Source: a virus
Lineage: Duplodnaviria; Caudoviricetes
DNA length: 54,081 nucleotides
Virus record (IMG/VR): IMGVR_UViG_3300020021_000019
Coordinates: 1-54,081 of that record
Strand: one strand, 5' to 3'
The notes under the pieces are model-generated. The model had not been told where the DNA came from. It worked only from the letters and a program-made list of their open reading frames with translations, and did not search any database. This document shows positions 1 to 8,205 of the stretch, piece after piece. Position numbers and translations under genes: made by a program. Numbering within the stretch: the stretch's first letter is position 1; each line of letters opens with the position of its first letter.

Positions 1-136
1 AGACGTAGCAGTCATGGATCACCGCGGCCGTCTTGATCTTGACCCGCGCATCGTCCTCCCAGAACCCCTTTACCTCGTGATACTCCTCCGTGCCGTCGAC
101 CAGGATCACCCGATAGTCCGGCGTGTAGAACGTGAG
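1..136. repeat. Terminal direct repeat, copy 1 (circular assembly overlap)
   Basis: 1-136 is identical to 53946-54081 except position 127 (A) vs 54072 (C). Confidence 0.97.
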
Positions 137-301
137 CGGCGCGAGCTTGAGCTTGACCGCCTCGAAGGCGTAGCTGGCCACCTCGCCCCGGATCCGCCGC
201 TGCTCCAGCAGCTCGCCGTAGCTGGCCTCCATCTTGTTCATCGCCCCGTGCTTGGGGCGCTGGGTGCGACCACGCGCGAAGGTCCGCTTGCCGAACGTCA
301 T
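1..301 (-). CDS. PD-(D/E)XK endonuclease-like protein (DUF1064-like); spans the junction and ends at the stop at 53881-53883
   Basis: Manual translation MTFGKRT...LTFYTPDYRVILVDGTEEYHEVKGFWEDDARVKIK...EEVPAV*; YTPD...EVKG motif; ATGA coupling at both ends. Confidence 0.8.
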   Translation of the reverse strand, partial: MTFGKRTFARGRTQRPKHGAMNKMEASYGELLEQRRIRGEVASYAFEAVKLKLAPLTFYTPDYRVILVDGTEEYHEVKGFWEDDARVKIKTAAVIHDCYV

Positions 302-666
302 GACTTTACTCCGAGATCCACTTCAAAAAGGCCGAGCTGCCCCCGGCATGGGATGAGGTCGCATCGGGACTGGAGCGCGAGCTCGAATCCGTAGGGCCCC
401 TGAAACCAGCGGCTTTTCGAAAACCGGACGCAGCCAATGATTTCAGCAAATCCCACTACGCCACCCTTCGGGAGCAGCTCGGCAGGCGGGAGCCGCTCTC
501 CCCACCCACGGTCTCTCAGGTACATATCCGCCAGGACATCCAGCTTCTTGCCGGCATGGATCGCGATGGGGCCCCGATACGTCGTTGACCAATTGCGGTT
601 CTCGATATCCTTGAGCCCTTCGGCGATCAGCCAGGCCCACGGCTGCTGGATTGACAGGGCTTTCAT
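298..666 (-). CDS. ASCH domain protein
   Basis: MKALSIQQPWAWLIAEGLKDIENRNW..YRGPIAIHAG...CRGQLGLF signature. Confidence 0.92.
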   Translation of the reverse strand: MKALSIQQPWAWLIAEGLKDIENRNWSTTYRGPIAIHAGKKLDVLADMYLRDRGWGERLPPAELLPKGGVVGFAEIIGCVRFSKSRWFQGPYGFELALQSRCDLIPCRGQLGLFEVDLGVKS

Positions 667-802
667 CGCACCTCCTCCGTCATCCACCCACTGGACAGGT
701 CCACAATCTCCGCCGGGCCGGCCGTGCTGAGCTTCGCTGCATCCCGAGTGAACGGGTGCGGCGGCGCAGGCGGCAGGGGCACGGGCGCCGGGTAGTTCAT
801 GG

Positions 803-1258
803 TCAGAGCATCCGCAGTTGGTCGCGGAGCCGGGCGGCGAGGTCGCGCGCCAGGTCCAGCTGGTGCTTCGTGTCGTCCGGGGCCATGATGCCCAGCTCGA
901 CCTGCGCTTCCTCGATCTTGGTCAGCTTCTCCACCATGAGGCTGATGCCCAGCCGCACACACGGCACGAGGTGGGGCGCCAGTCCCCACTCTTCCCGCTC
1001 GATGTTGGAATTCATCTGCTTCCGCGCTTCGACGGATTGCGCCGACAACGCGTCGATCGGCAGGGTCGCAATCCCGATCTTGGTCACCGCCTTGATGGCC
1101 GCCTCGACCGCCTTGTCGAGCAGGTCGAGCGACGTCCGCATCACCGACTGGTCGTGATTGGTCAGGCGGATCAGGTCCGCGCCCGCATCCGGTGGCAGGG
1201 TCGCGGTGGCGCCCTCAATCTCCCCCGTCTGCTTGTTGAACTTGGTTCCCTTGGGCAT
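803..1258 (-). CDS. Hypothetical protein
   Basis: Normal helical protein composition; in operon. Confidence 0.7.
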   Translation of the reverse strand: MPKGTKFNKQTGEIEGATATLPPDAGADLIRLTNHDQSVMRTSLDLLDKAVEAAIKAVTKIGIATLPIDALSAQSVEARKQMNSNIEREEWGLAPHLVPCVRLGISLMVEKLTKIEEAQVELGIMAPDDTKHQLDLARDLAARLRDQLRML

Positions 1259-1279
1259 CGTCAGTCTTTCAGTGAGGGG

Positions 1280-3001
1280 TTAGGCTGCGGCTGCGAGTTC
1301 GGTCGGGATGTTCGCCCGGACCAGAGCTTCGGCCGCTTCGGGGCAAACTGAATTGCCAATAAGTCGGACCTTGCCGGACTTGGTTTTGGCCGCCGACAGG
1401 TCGTAGCCCGCCGCGAAACGACCGAACTGCGCCCGGAGCAGCTCCTCCGGCTCCAGCATCCGGAGGCCGATATCCACGATTTGGTATTCGGTCCCCGCGA
1501 TGGTAACGAGCCCCATTCGATCCTTGGTCGTCAGGGTCCGCATTGGCTTGCGGACGGTCTGCCCGACCCCTTGCCCGTAATAGGTGACCAGGAAGGCGCG
1601 GACCTCGGCGAGGTGGTTGCCGTTGGCCGTGACCGTGGGGAGGGGCTGGTTCAGGTCGGCGCCATGATTGTCGCCACGCAGCTTGAGTAGGTTGGCCGCG
1701 ACAAGGCTGTGATGGTCGCTGGCGGTGACGGTGGCGAGCGGCTCGTGGGGAGACAGCCCGGGACGCTGGCCACGGTCGCCGAAATGCTTCGCGATGAACG
1801 CGGTGCACAGCGCGTGCTTCTGTCCGCCAGCAACCACTGTTCCGAGCGGCTGCTCGATATCGAGAGCGCGAGCCGCCTGTCCGTCCCGCTCACCGTATCC
1901 AGTCTGAATCAGGGTCGGGGCAATGAGCGCGTGGCGGTTTTCGACAGTGGTCGTCGGCAACGGCGCATCGGCTGGAGTGGTGGCCGGAGACTTCGATCCG
2001 GCATGGTCGATAGCGATCATGACTGGCGTGAGCAGCGCACGATCATTCTTGGCTGTGACCGTACCGACCGGCTCGGCCATACCAGTTGCTGGCGTCTGCC
2101 CAGCCCGGCCACCCACCCCGACGATCGATGGAACGACGACCGCATGACCACGCCGGGAGGCGGTGACGGTTGAGAGCGGCGCGTCGAGGGATTCGCTCCT
2201 GTCATCCAGGTTCCCGTGATTGACCTTGACGATGAAAGGCGCCGGATTGTCGAACACGAACCGGCGCATCCCTTCCGCGATCCGCCACAGCGTTTTGCCC
2301 GCCAGCGGCCGCTTCCGCTCGAAGATCGACGGGCACCGGAGTGACCAGTCTATGCACTCGGCCGCCGTGTGGAGTGGCTTGAGGATCGCGGCAAAGAGAT
2401 CGGGGTTGGCCGAGGCAGATCCGTGGGTGACCGCAGGCCAGAGAATCGGCACGCCATCCCGACGGGCGATCAGAAACAAGCGGCGGCGCTTGGTAGGGGC
2501 ACCGTAGGCCGAGGCATCGAGCACTCGGCAGTCCACTGCGTAGCCGAGGTTCTCCAGCCGCTTCCGCCACCGATCAAACGTCTGCCCCATCCGCGCCTTA
2601 TCTGGCCGCCCGTCCTTGCCGAGAGGGCCCCAGCCTTTGAACTCAGAGACGTTTTCCAGCATGATGATCTGCGGCCGCACGGCCTTGGCCCATCGCGTCA
2701 CCACCCAGGCCAGTGACCGGATATTCTGCTTCCGGGGCACGTTGCCCTTGGCCACGGAAAAGTGTGTACAGTCGGGGCTGGCCCAGAGCAGGTAGACCGG
2801 CTCACCGCGCGTAGCCACTTCCGGCTTCACATCCCAGATATCAGCCGTGAGATGCCGCGTCTTCGGGTGGTTGGCCCTGTGGGCCGCCAACGCCACTGCG
2901 TCGTGGTTGATCGCGAGATCTACCGGGCGGCCGAGCGCCGCCTCAATGCCAGTGGAGGCACCGCCACCGCCCGCAAATAGGTCGATCAGGAGCCCCGTCA
3001 C
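1280..3001 (-). CDS. DNA (cytosine-5) methyltransferase
   Basis: DLFAGGGG (motif I), ASPDC (IV), LENV (VI), RRRLF (VIII), IGNSV (X). Confidence 0.95.
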   Translation of the reverse strand: MTGLLIDLFAGGGGASTGIEAALGRPVDLAINHDAVALAAHRANHPKTRHLTADIWDVKPEVATRGEPVYLLWASPDCTHFSVAKGNVPRKQNIRSLAWVVTRWAKAVRPQIIMLENVSEFKGWGPLGKDGRPDKARMGQTFDRWRKRLENLGYAVDCRVLDASAYGAPTKRRRLFLIARRDGVPILWPAVTHGSASANPDLFAAILKPLHTAAECIDWSLRCPSIFERKRPLAGKTLWRIAEGMRRFVFDNPAPFIVKVNHGNLDDRSESLDAPLSTVTASRRGHAVVVPSIVGVGGRAGQTPATGMAEPVGTVTAKNDRALLTPVMIAIDHAGSKSPATTPADAPLPTTTVENRHALIAPTLIQTGYGERDGQAARALDIEQPLGTVVAGGQKHALCTAFIAKHFGDRGQRPGLSPHEPLATVTASDHHSLVAANLLKLRGDNHGADLNQPLPTVTANGNHLAEVRAFLVTYYGQGVGQTVRKPMRTLTTKDRMGLVTIAGTEYQIVDIGLRMLEPEELLRAQFGRFAAGYDLSAAKTKSGKVRLIGNSVCPEAAEALVRANIPTELAAAA

Positions 3002-3303
3002 GGCAGCACCGTGATGGCGTAGGCCTTGCCTTTATCCCGACGAATCCAGCCCCGGCGCTCCAGCGCGGTCAGATGCTCGTGGACTGAGGCCAACGACTTG
3101 AAGCCCAGGGCGCGGGCCATCGCCTCGAACGACGGTGCGCTGCCCGTTGCCGTAATGCGGTCCGCGACGAACGCCAAGACCCGCCGCTGCTTCGCCGTCA
3201 GCGGGTGCTTCCGCTCACCCCGGAGCGCCGCCAGTTCATCCCGGAGCGTGGCGTTCTCGGCCTGGAGCGAGCGCACCTGCTCTTCGAGGCCCGTAGCGGT
3301 CAT
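2998..3303 (-). CDS. LexA-like N-terminal winged-helix DNA-binding protein with no peptidase domain
   Basis: LTAKQRRVLAFV...APSFEAMARALGFKSLASVHEHLTALERRGWIRR, preceded by a coiled coil. Confidence 0.88.
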   Translation of the reverse strand: MTATGLEEQVRSLQAENATLRDELAALRGERKHPLTAKQRRVLAFVADRITATGSAPSFEAMARALGFKSLASVHEHLTALERRGWIRRDKGKAYAITVLP

Positions 3304-3419
3304 GACTTCCACCGGATCGGATAGACCCGCCGCCGGGTCCAGTACCAGCGCGCGGCGGCGAGGGTGCCGATCGTCCAGATCATGCCGCTGATGGCGAGAC
3401 GGGTGGCTGGGTCGGTCAT
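3300..3419 (-). CDS. Small membrane peptide (39 aa)
   Basis: MTDPATRLAISGMIWTIGTLAAARWYW...; ATGA-coupled to both neighbours. Confidence 0.55.
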   Translation of the reverse strand: MTDPATRLAISGMIWTIGTLAAARWYWTRRRVYPIRWKS

Positions 3420-3826
3420 GTCATCACCGTCTTGAGCACCGGGAACTCATGGCCTTCGACCACCACCAGGATTAGGCCCTGGTACTTGATCCGTTCACCG
3501 TCTTTCTCGCCCTTTTCCCGGGCCTCCAGCACCATCCGCATAAGCCAGGAGTAGAGGCCTTCGCCGCGTGCACCGGTCCGGCGCCAGAGCGGCAGAGCAC
3601 GCAGGCTCGCATTGTCGATCGCGTGGCCGGTGAGCTCTACCGCGGGCATTGTGTCGCCCCGGCGCTCGAACTCCGCCTTGGCGAGCAGGCGCCACCGTTC
3701 GGGCAGTCCGACATTGTTGGCCATCCACCGGACATAGGAGACCGGGACCCGGGTGAGCAGCTCGCCTGAGTGCTTTCCGAAGTCCATGGTGACACCGTGG
3801 GTGCTCAGCGGGTCAGCGGTGTTCAC
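3416..3826 (-). CDS. DUF3820-like protein
   Basis: MDFGKHSGELLTRVPVSYVRWM motif. Confidence 0.75.
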   Translation of the reverse strand: MNTADPLSTHGVTMDFGKHSGELLTRVPVSYVRWMANNVGLPERWRLLAKAEFERRGDTMPAVELTGHAIDNASLRALPLWRRTGARGEGLYSWLMRMVLEAREKGEKDGERIKYQGLILVVVEGHEFPVLKTVMT

Positions 3827-4086
3827 GCGACTTCATCCTCGTCCAGGTCGACGCCGGTTTCCCGCTTGACCATTGCCGCGTAGGTCCGGCGTGCCCGGGC
3901 CCGGCGCAACTGCGCGCCCTGCGCGCGCCACTCGGCTTGCCGCTCCAGTCGGTCCATGACCGAGAGGAGCCGGATGATCGGCCCGGCGCCGCAGAGCAAG
4001 ACCGCAAAGGCCAGCAGCGCGTAGAACAGGGGGCTGAGTTCCCGCAGGAATTGGGGCCACATAGAGGCCTCTCCCAGGAGCGGCAC
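3823..4086 (-). CDS. Hypothetical membrane protein
   Basis: One hydrophobic segment; overlaps the downstream gene start. Confidence 0.6.
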   Translation of the reverse strand: MPLLGEASMWPQFLRELSPLFYALLAFAVLLCGAGPIIRLLSVMDRLERQAEWRAQGAQLRRARARRTYAAMVKRETGVDLDEDEVA

Positions 4087-4109
4087 GGCGTGAGTTGTTC
4101 GATGCTGAG

Positions 4110-4191
4110 TGCCCGGTCGGGGATTCGAACCCCGCTTGGCCGGGGAGTGGTCCCCGTCCGTCCAGTCGCACCGCCGAAGCTGGTGCCGGGC
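4110..4191 (-). ncRNA. tRNA-like RNA (acceptor stem and T-arm, non-canonical centre)
   Basis: GCCCGGC...CGGGG-TTCGAAT-CCCCG-ACCGGGC-A; intergenic; no recognisable anticodon arm. Confidence 0.65.
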
Positions 4192-4197
4192 GCCATC

Positions 4198-4425
4198 CTA
4201 TTTGTCGATCGGGTCCCACCGGTCCAGGCCGTCGAAGGCACGGTCCTGCTGGCGCGCGAAACTCAGTGCCTTGTCGGGTGACAACCCCTCGGCTACGCCC
4301 TGGTAGTAGAAGCGGAGCATCCGGGTCGCCCATTCGGCGAGGTTGGGCAGGCTGGTCCGCTCGGCCATCGTCTTGAGTGAGGCGACCGCATGCGGCACCG
4401 GCTGGCCCTCGATCGTGCTGGGCAT
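4198..4425 (-). CDS. Hypothetical protein
   Basis: MPSTIEGQ start coupled to the upstream stop. Confidence 0.6.
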   Translation of the reverse strand: MPSTIEGQPVPHAVASLKTMAERTSLPNLAEWATRMLRFYYQGVAEGLSPDKALSFARQQDRAFDGLDRWDPIDK

Positions 4426-4604
4426 CAGAAGCCCCTCCCGGAGAACTTGAGGAAGGCGCAGACCCATGAAGCCACCCACGCTCCGGCAAAGAGGCCCGTC
4501 AGGTTGTCATTCTGGGTGCCTCCAGTGAAGCAGATATACGCCAGCATGAAGAACAGGATGCCGACAATGAACAACAGGCGGCCGACCGTCTCGACTTTCA
4601 TCAT
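4425..4604 (-). CDS. Small 2-TM membrane protein
   Basis: Manual translation MMKVETVGRLLFIVGILFFMLAYICF...; fills the gap with coupled ends. Confidence 0.6.
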   Translation of the reverse strand: MMKVETVGRLLFIVGILFFMLAYICFTGGTQNDNLTGLFAGAWVASWVCAFLKFSGRGF

Positions 4605-4927
4605 ACGGTCCCCGTCGTCGGCTTCTTCCGGTCCCGCTCGGCCGCCTCCCGGTCATGCCGCCGCTGGGCGTAGCGATCGGCTGCGAGTATCCCAGCCAGG
4701 CTGCCCGTGGAGATCAGCGACACCACCAGAAGAGAGAGCCCGCTGTGTCTGGCTTCGCAGAGACACCAGAAGGCCCAAGTGAAGCAACACAGAAGGGCCC
4801 CATGCTCGAAGGCAGGGAACGGCTCGTATTTGTTCATGGTCCTGATGCCGGACAACAAGGCGAAGAAGCCGAACACGCAGGCCACGTAGAGCGTGCCGAG
4901 GCCGAACCAATGGAAGAGGGCGCTCAT
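4601..4927 (-). CDS. Hypothetical membrane protein
   Basis: About 3 hydrophobic segments. Confidence 0.65.
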   Translation of the reverse strand: MSALFHWFGLGTLYVACVFGFFALLSGIRTMNKYEPFPAFEHGALLCCFTWAFWCLCEARHSGLSLLVVSLISTGSLAGILAADRYAQRRHDREAAERDRKKPTTGTV

Positions 4928-5226
4928 GATTCGACCGCCGCTCGCTTGGCCGCGACCCGTTCCGCCTGCTCCTGCCTGAAGTCGGCTTTCCGTTCCTTGT
5001 CCGCGAGGTGCGGCGGGGTCGTGCTGTAGTTCTCGATCCAGTCCGCGGTCGGCCCGTACTGCGCTTGCCGGGCGGCAACCGTTTTCCGAATGGCGGCCAG
5101 CGCGTCGGCCTCAGTCGGGAAGGCGGTGCCGAGGGCGTTCCCCCCGACCTGGTAGAGCAGCCCGTCCTTGGGATCAAGACAGCAGGGCCGCGACCGGCTG
5201 ATGCCGGAGTAGACGGTGATGGGCAT
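4924..5226 (-). CDS. Hypothetical protein
   Basis: In-operon ORF. Confidence 0.65.
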   Translation of the reverse strand: MPITVYSGISRSRPCCLDPKDGLLYQVGGNALGTAFPTEADALAAIRKTVAARQAQYGPTADWIENYSTTPPHLADKERKADFRQEQAERVAAKRAAVES

Positions 5227-5228
5227 GG

Positions 5229-5837
5229 TCAAAAAGGAAGCGATTCGTCGTCCGCTTCATGCGGCGGCGGGAAGTCGTCGTAGTCCTCGGCCGCGGCCTT
5301 CGCCATCGGCGTGATGTCGTTCAGGTGCTTGGCCGCCTCCGCCGCGTACTCCTCTTTCTTCTTGGCCCAGAACGGAGCGCGGGTATAGGGTTCGGCGACG
5401 AGGGCCGGCATCGCCTTCGGCAGCTTGGTTACCGTCATAATCTTGGCGGATTTCTTGCCGGTACCGCTCGTCTTGTGGCCCACCGTCAGCAGCGCGTTAT
5501 GGCCCACCAACTTGTCGACTGCGATCCCTTCCTTGGCCTGCTCCTCCGTGTAGGGCTTGCCACGCCACGACTCCAGGTCCCGCCGCAGATTGGCCTTCTC
5601 CCACATCGACAGCGTGTATTCGGTCGACAACTCGAACGGCTTGCCGTCCTGCCGCTTGGCGTCGAGTTGCCAGACCAGCGCGATCTTCGTCCGGATGGCC
5701 CCCACCTGTCCCGGGTACTGATCCCACTTCTGGCCCAGCGCGATCACGTCGACGCAGATCGCCTGGTGCGTGTCCTCCGGCGCCAGCTCCCGGGGAACGG
5801 CTTCATCCTTCGCGGTGACCTTATCCGGGCCGGTCAT
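5229..5837 (-). CDS. Probable ssDNA-binding/replication protein (NGO0469-like family)
   Basis: THQAICVDVIALG...EYTLSMWEKANLRRDLESWRG; SSB-type acidic tail DDESLPF. Confidence 0.75.
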   Translation of the reverse strand: MTGPDKVTAKDEAVPRELAPEDTHQAICVDVIALGQKWDQYPGQVGAIRTKIALVWQLDAKRQDGKPFELSTEYTLSMWEKANLRRDLESWRGKPYTEEQAKEGIAVDKLVGHNALLTVGHKTSGTGKKSAKIMTVTKLPKAMPALVAEPYTRAPFWAKKKEEYAAEAAKHLNDITPMAKAAAEDYDDFPPPHEADDESLPF

Positions 5838-6049
5838 GACGCCACCTCGCCCTGCCGGGCATCGAACCAGCGCCGGAAGTTCTCCGGATCCATTGCGGGT
5901 GGCCCCGTGTGGTCGCCCTCCGCGCAGTCGCGGCATCGGCCACTGATGGCTTCATGGGCCCACATCGGGCCGCCGCAGGCCAGGCACTCGGCATCGCCGG
6001 GGCGTGGCTCCTCAGTCTCTTGGGGTGTAACAACTCGGGTGGATTCCAT
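5834..6049 (-). CDS. Small zinc-ribbon protein
   Basis: CLAC...CRDC. Confidence 0.6.
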   Translation of the reverse strand: MESTRVVTPQETEEPRPGDAECLACGGPMWAHEAISGRCRDCAEGDHTGPPAMDPENFRRWFDARQGEVAS

Positions 6050-6151
6050 CGGGTACGCTCTCCGTGTAGGTTGACTTACGGCGTTGCTTGCCGTCTCTCC
6101 AGCGCCCGGCGTTCACAGCGTCGGGCGGCTTGTTGTTCAGGCCCAGTCCAT

Positions 6152-6313
6152 CTAGTTCACCGCTCTCAGGTCATCCAGCAGTCGGTCCAACGGGCTCCGC
6201 TGCTCCAGCAGCTTCCGGCAGTCGATCAGGTGACTGGCCTTGTGCGCTGACCAATCGGCCGGGTTGATCGGTTTCAGACAAAACGGGCACGTCGCTTTCG
6301 GTTGCCAATTCAT
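6152..6313 (-). CDS. Small C2H2-type zinc finger protein
   Basis: CPFC-x11-HKASH. Confidence 0.55.
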   Translation of the reverse strand: MNWQPKATCPFCLKPINPADWSAHKASHLIDCRKLLEQRSPLDRLLDDLRAVN

Positions 6314-6488
6314 CGCCCGCCTCCTTCTGTCGTGCAGCGTGCGCATCGCGGTGCGTGCGCTGGTGAAGATCCCAATACCTCGGTTCAACTTCGGCCTGAC
6401 AGGTGGGACACCGCGGCATGGCGCTGAATCCCGCCGCCGTCGCCGCGTCCCGCAGCCGCTGCTGAAACCGCGATTTCGTCGGCTTCAT
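6171..6488 (-). CDS. C2H2-type zinc finger protein
   Basis: CPTC-x11-HQRTH; ATGA-coupled start. Confidence 0.55.
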   Translation of the reverse strand: MKPTKSRFQQRLRDAATAAGFSAMPRCPTCQAEVEPRYWDLHQRTHRDAHAARQKEAGDELATESDVPVLSETDQPGRLVSAQGQSPDRLPEAAGAAEPVGPTAG

Positions 6489-6658
6489 GCGGGTACCGCC
6501 TCAACCGCTTCCGCCCGCGTCCCGGTCCAGCCGAACTTCCGGGCCCGGCGCTCCGCTTCCTGCTTCGCCCTCTGCTCCGACCGGGCGGCGATCCGGAGCC
6601 GCTGACCCCCGGCCATCAGGACGTCGTAGAAGTGCAGCGTCTCGCCCCGGTACTTCAT
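6485..6658 (-). CDS. Hypothetical protein
   Basis: MKYRGET start; coupled at both ends. Confidence 0.6.
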   Translation of the reverse strand: MKYRGETLHFYDVLMAGGQRLRIAARSEQRAKQEAERRARKFGWTGTRAEAVEAVPA

Positions 6659-7098
6659 GACGCCCGCCGCTCGAGCTCGGCCTGGATCGCCGCGATCGCG
6701 ATCTCCTCGGCCCCGTGGTGCTCGACCTTCTCCTTGAGCGCCCGCTGCAGGTCCTCCGTCGAATCCGTCTCGTGGAACACGGCGAGCGCCGCACTGGACT
6801 CCGATCCCTCCAGGCAGGCCCGGCACAGCGCCTTGGCGAGAGTCGGCAGTGCCTCATCAGGCAACCCCTTCGCCCGCTCGATCCGCTGCTGCAGCTCGGC
6901 CAGTGGACCCGGCAGGTTGCGCAGCGCGAAGACCGACTTCTCGATCACATCGAACGCCCGGTCCAGCGTCCAGCGGACATTCGGCACCCGGACATTCAGG
7001 GCCGCCGAGAGGACCTGGCGCCGACCCCGAATTCTTCCAGACTCGGGAAGGGTGGTTACGGGGGTGCCGGCAGACTGCGGTAGGCTGGTGGACATCAC
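6655..7098 (-). CDS. Hypothetical protein (CII-like position)
   Basis: Second gene of the early operon; helical. Confidence 0.6.
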   Translation of the reverse strand: MMSTSLPQSAGTPVTTLPESGRIRGRRQVLSAALNVRVPNVRWTLDRAFDVIEKSVFALRNLPGPLAELQQRIERAKGLPDEALPTLAKALCRACLEGSESSAALAVFHETDSTEDLQRALKEKVEHHGAEEIAIAAIQAELERRAS

Positions 7099-7295
7099 GC
7101 AGCCTGCTCTTCCATGATCTTGATGGCCTTCTCCACGGCGGCTTCCACGATGAAGTCACCGCGCTTCTTCTGAACGTGGGCCGCAGCGATATCCACCAGC
7201 CGCTTATCGGATGGCCGACACCGGCCACCAATCGTCGGCCAGCCTTCCTTGCTCTGGCCTGAATCGGGGGGTACGTTCTCGGAAGCCATTGCCAC
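7095..7295 (-). CDS. Ribbon-helix-helix (DUF1778/TacA-like) regulator in the Cro position
   Basis: TIGGRCRPSDKRLVDIAAAHVQKKRGDFIVEAAVEKA pattern; divergent from the repressor. Confidence 0.7.
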   Translation of the reverse strand: MAMASENVPPDSGQSKEGWPTIGGRCRPSDKRLVDIAAAHVQKKRGDFIVEAAVEKAIKIMEEQAA

Positions 7296-7355
7296 CTCAG
7301 CACTTAGAGTGTTGTGATGCTATTTGCCATCAAACAGCGTTGCTAGCGCGTCGAT

Positions 7356-7384
7356 ATGTTAGCAAAAGGCAATGGTTAACGCAA
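7356..7384 (-). promoter_or_regulatory. Putative sigma70 early lytic promoter
   Basis: TTGCGT-17 bp-TAACAT on the minus strand in the AT-richer switch region. Confidence 0.55.
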
Positions 7385-7402
7385 GGGGGAATATTGCCGG
7401 TC

Positions 7403-7840
7403 ATGATTGCGGCGGGATGGGGTGGGCGAATAGACCAACTCTGGCAGGCCCTCGGCTATACCAGCCACGGGGAATTCGCGGATGCGCTCCATGTGGGGAG
7501 CGCCCGCATTTCACATTGGGTGAATGAGACTGGGGACACGGTACGGCTGAAGAGCCTAAAGAAGATGGCCGGACTGACTGGCAACTTCGATGCGGCCTAC
7601 CGATGGTTGCGCGAAGGCGGGGAGATGCCCGAGCTAGGCGTTAACGCACCCGTTAACAGGGATGCGGCACTGCTCGCGGTTGCGTCTGAGTTGAAGGCCT
7701 TGGCCCAGCGCCTTGAGGCGCTGGCCGGGACTACGCCGACAGGCGAAGATGGCGATGACGACGGGGACGCGGGCCTACTGGGGAAGGCTCTACCAGCTCC
7801 TCCAGTTTCCGGGAAATCTCGGAAGCGTCGGACGGGGTGA
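7403..7840 (+). CDS. Xre-family HTH immunity repressor (CI-like, no S24 peptidase)
   Basis: SHGEFADALHVGSARISHWVN HTH...YRWLREGGEM; divergent orientation. Confidence 0.75.
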   Translation: MIAAGWGGRIDQLWQALGYTSHGEFADALHVGSARISHWVNETGDTVRLKSLKKMAGLTGNFDAAYRWLREGGEMPELGVNAPVNRDAALLAVASELKALAQRLEALAGTTPTGEDGDDDGDAGLLGKALPAPPVSGKSRKRRTG

Positions 7841-8027
7841 CGGGCTCCAGCGCTCCGTCGGCCAGCAGCCCAGCAAAGAGCCCGTAATTCGGATACACAC
7901 CATGAAGGACCACAGCAGGAGCGGTCGGGTGGCCAGGACGAACGCCGAGGCGGTCGCCTTTGACGCCAAGGCCGGGAATATCGCGGGTGAGGATAACGAC
8001 CATGCAGTCCATCGGTTCGGCTTCCAT
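7731..8027 (-). CDS. Hypothetical protein
   Basis: Protein-like composition (VVILTRDIPGLGVKGD...); convergent overlap with the repressor. Confidence 0.55.
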   Translation of the reverse strand: MEAEPMDCMVVILTRDIPGLGVKGDRLGVRPGHPTAPAVVLHGVYPNYGLFAGLLADGALEPVTPSDASEISRKLEELVEPSPVGPRPRRHRHLRLSA

Positions 8028-8205
8028 TCGGAGGCGGTCCGAAAGTGCAGCCCGGACCCCATCAGGTCAAGGGTGTAACCCTGCCCGGTTTTCACCCCTA
8101 TTACCGATGGTAGTGGCGCCCCGAAGACTTCCAGTTAGTGTGGTGCTGGTGAGGTCCATCAGCCGTACCCACCATATAATGGTGCGTCACCCACTGGAGC
8201 CGTAC

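Noticed and set aside
1-136. End repeat as a biological terminal repeat or att site
   Set aside because: It falls mid-gene and the ORF reads through the junction, so it is best explained as circular assembly overlap. The single mismatch near the contig end (Y to D in YTPD) is probably an error.
7095-7295. Toxin-antitoxin pair (TacAT)
   Set aside because: The downstream gene has no GNAT motif, and the position fits a Cro-like role
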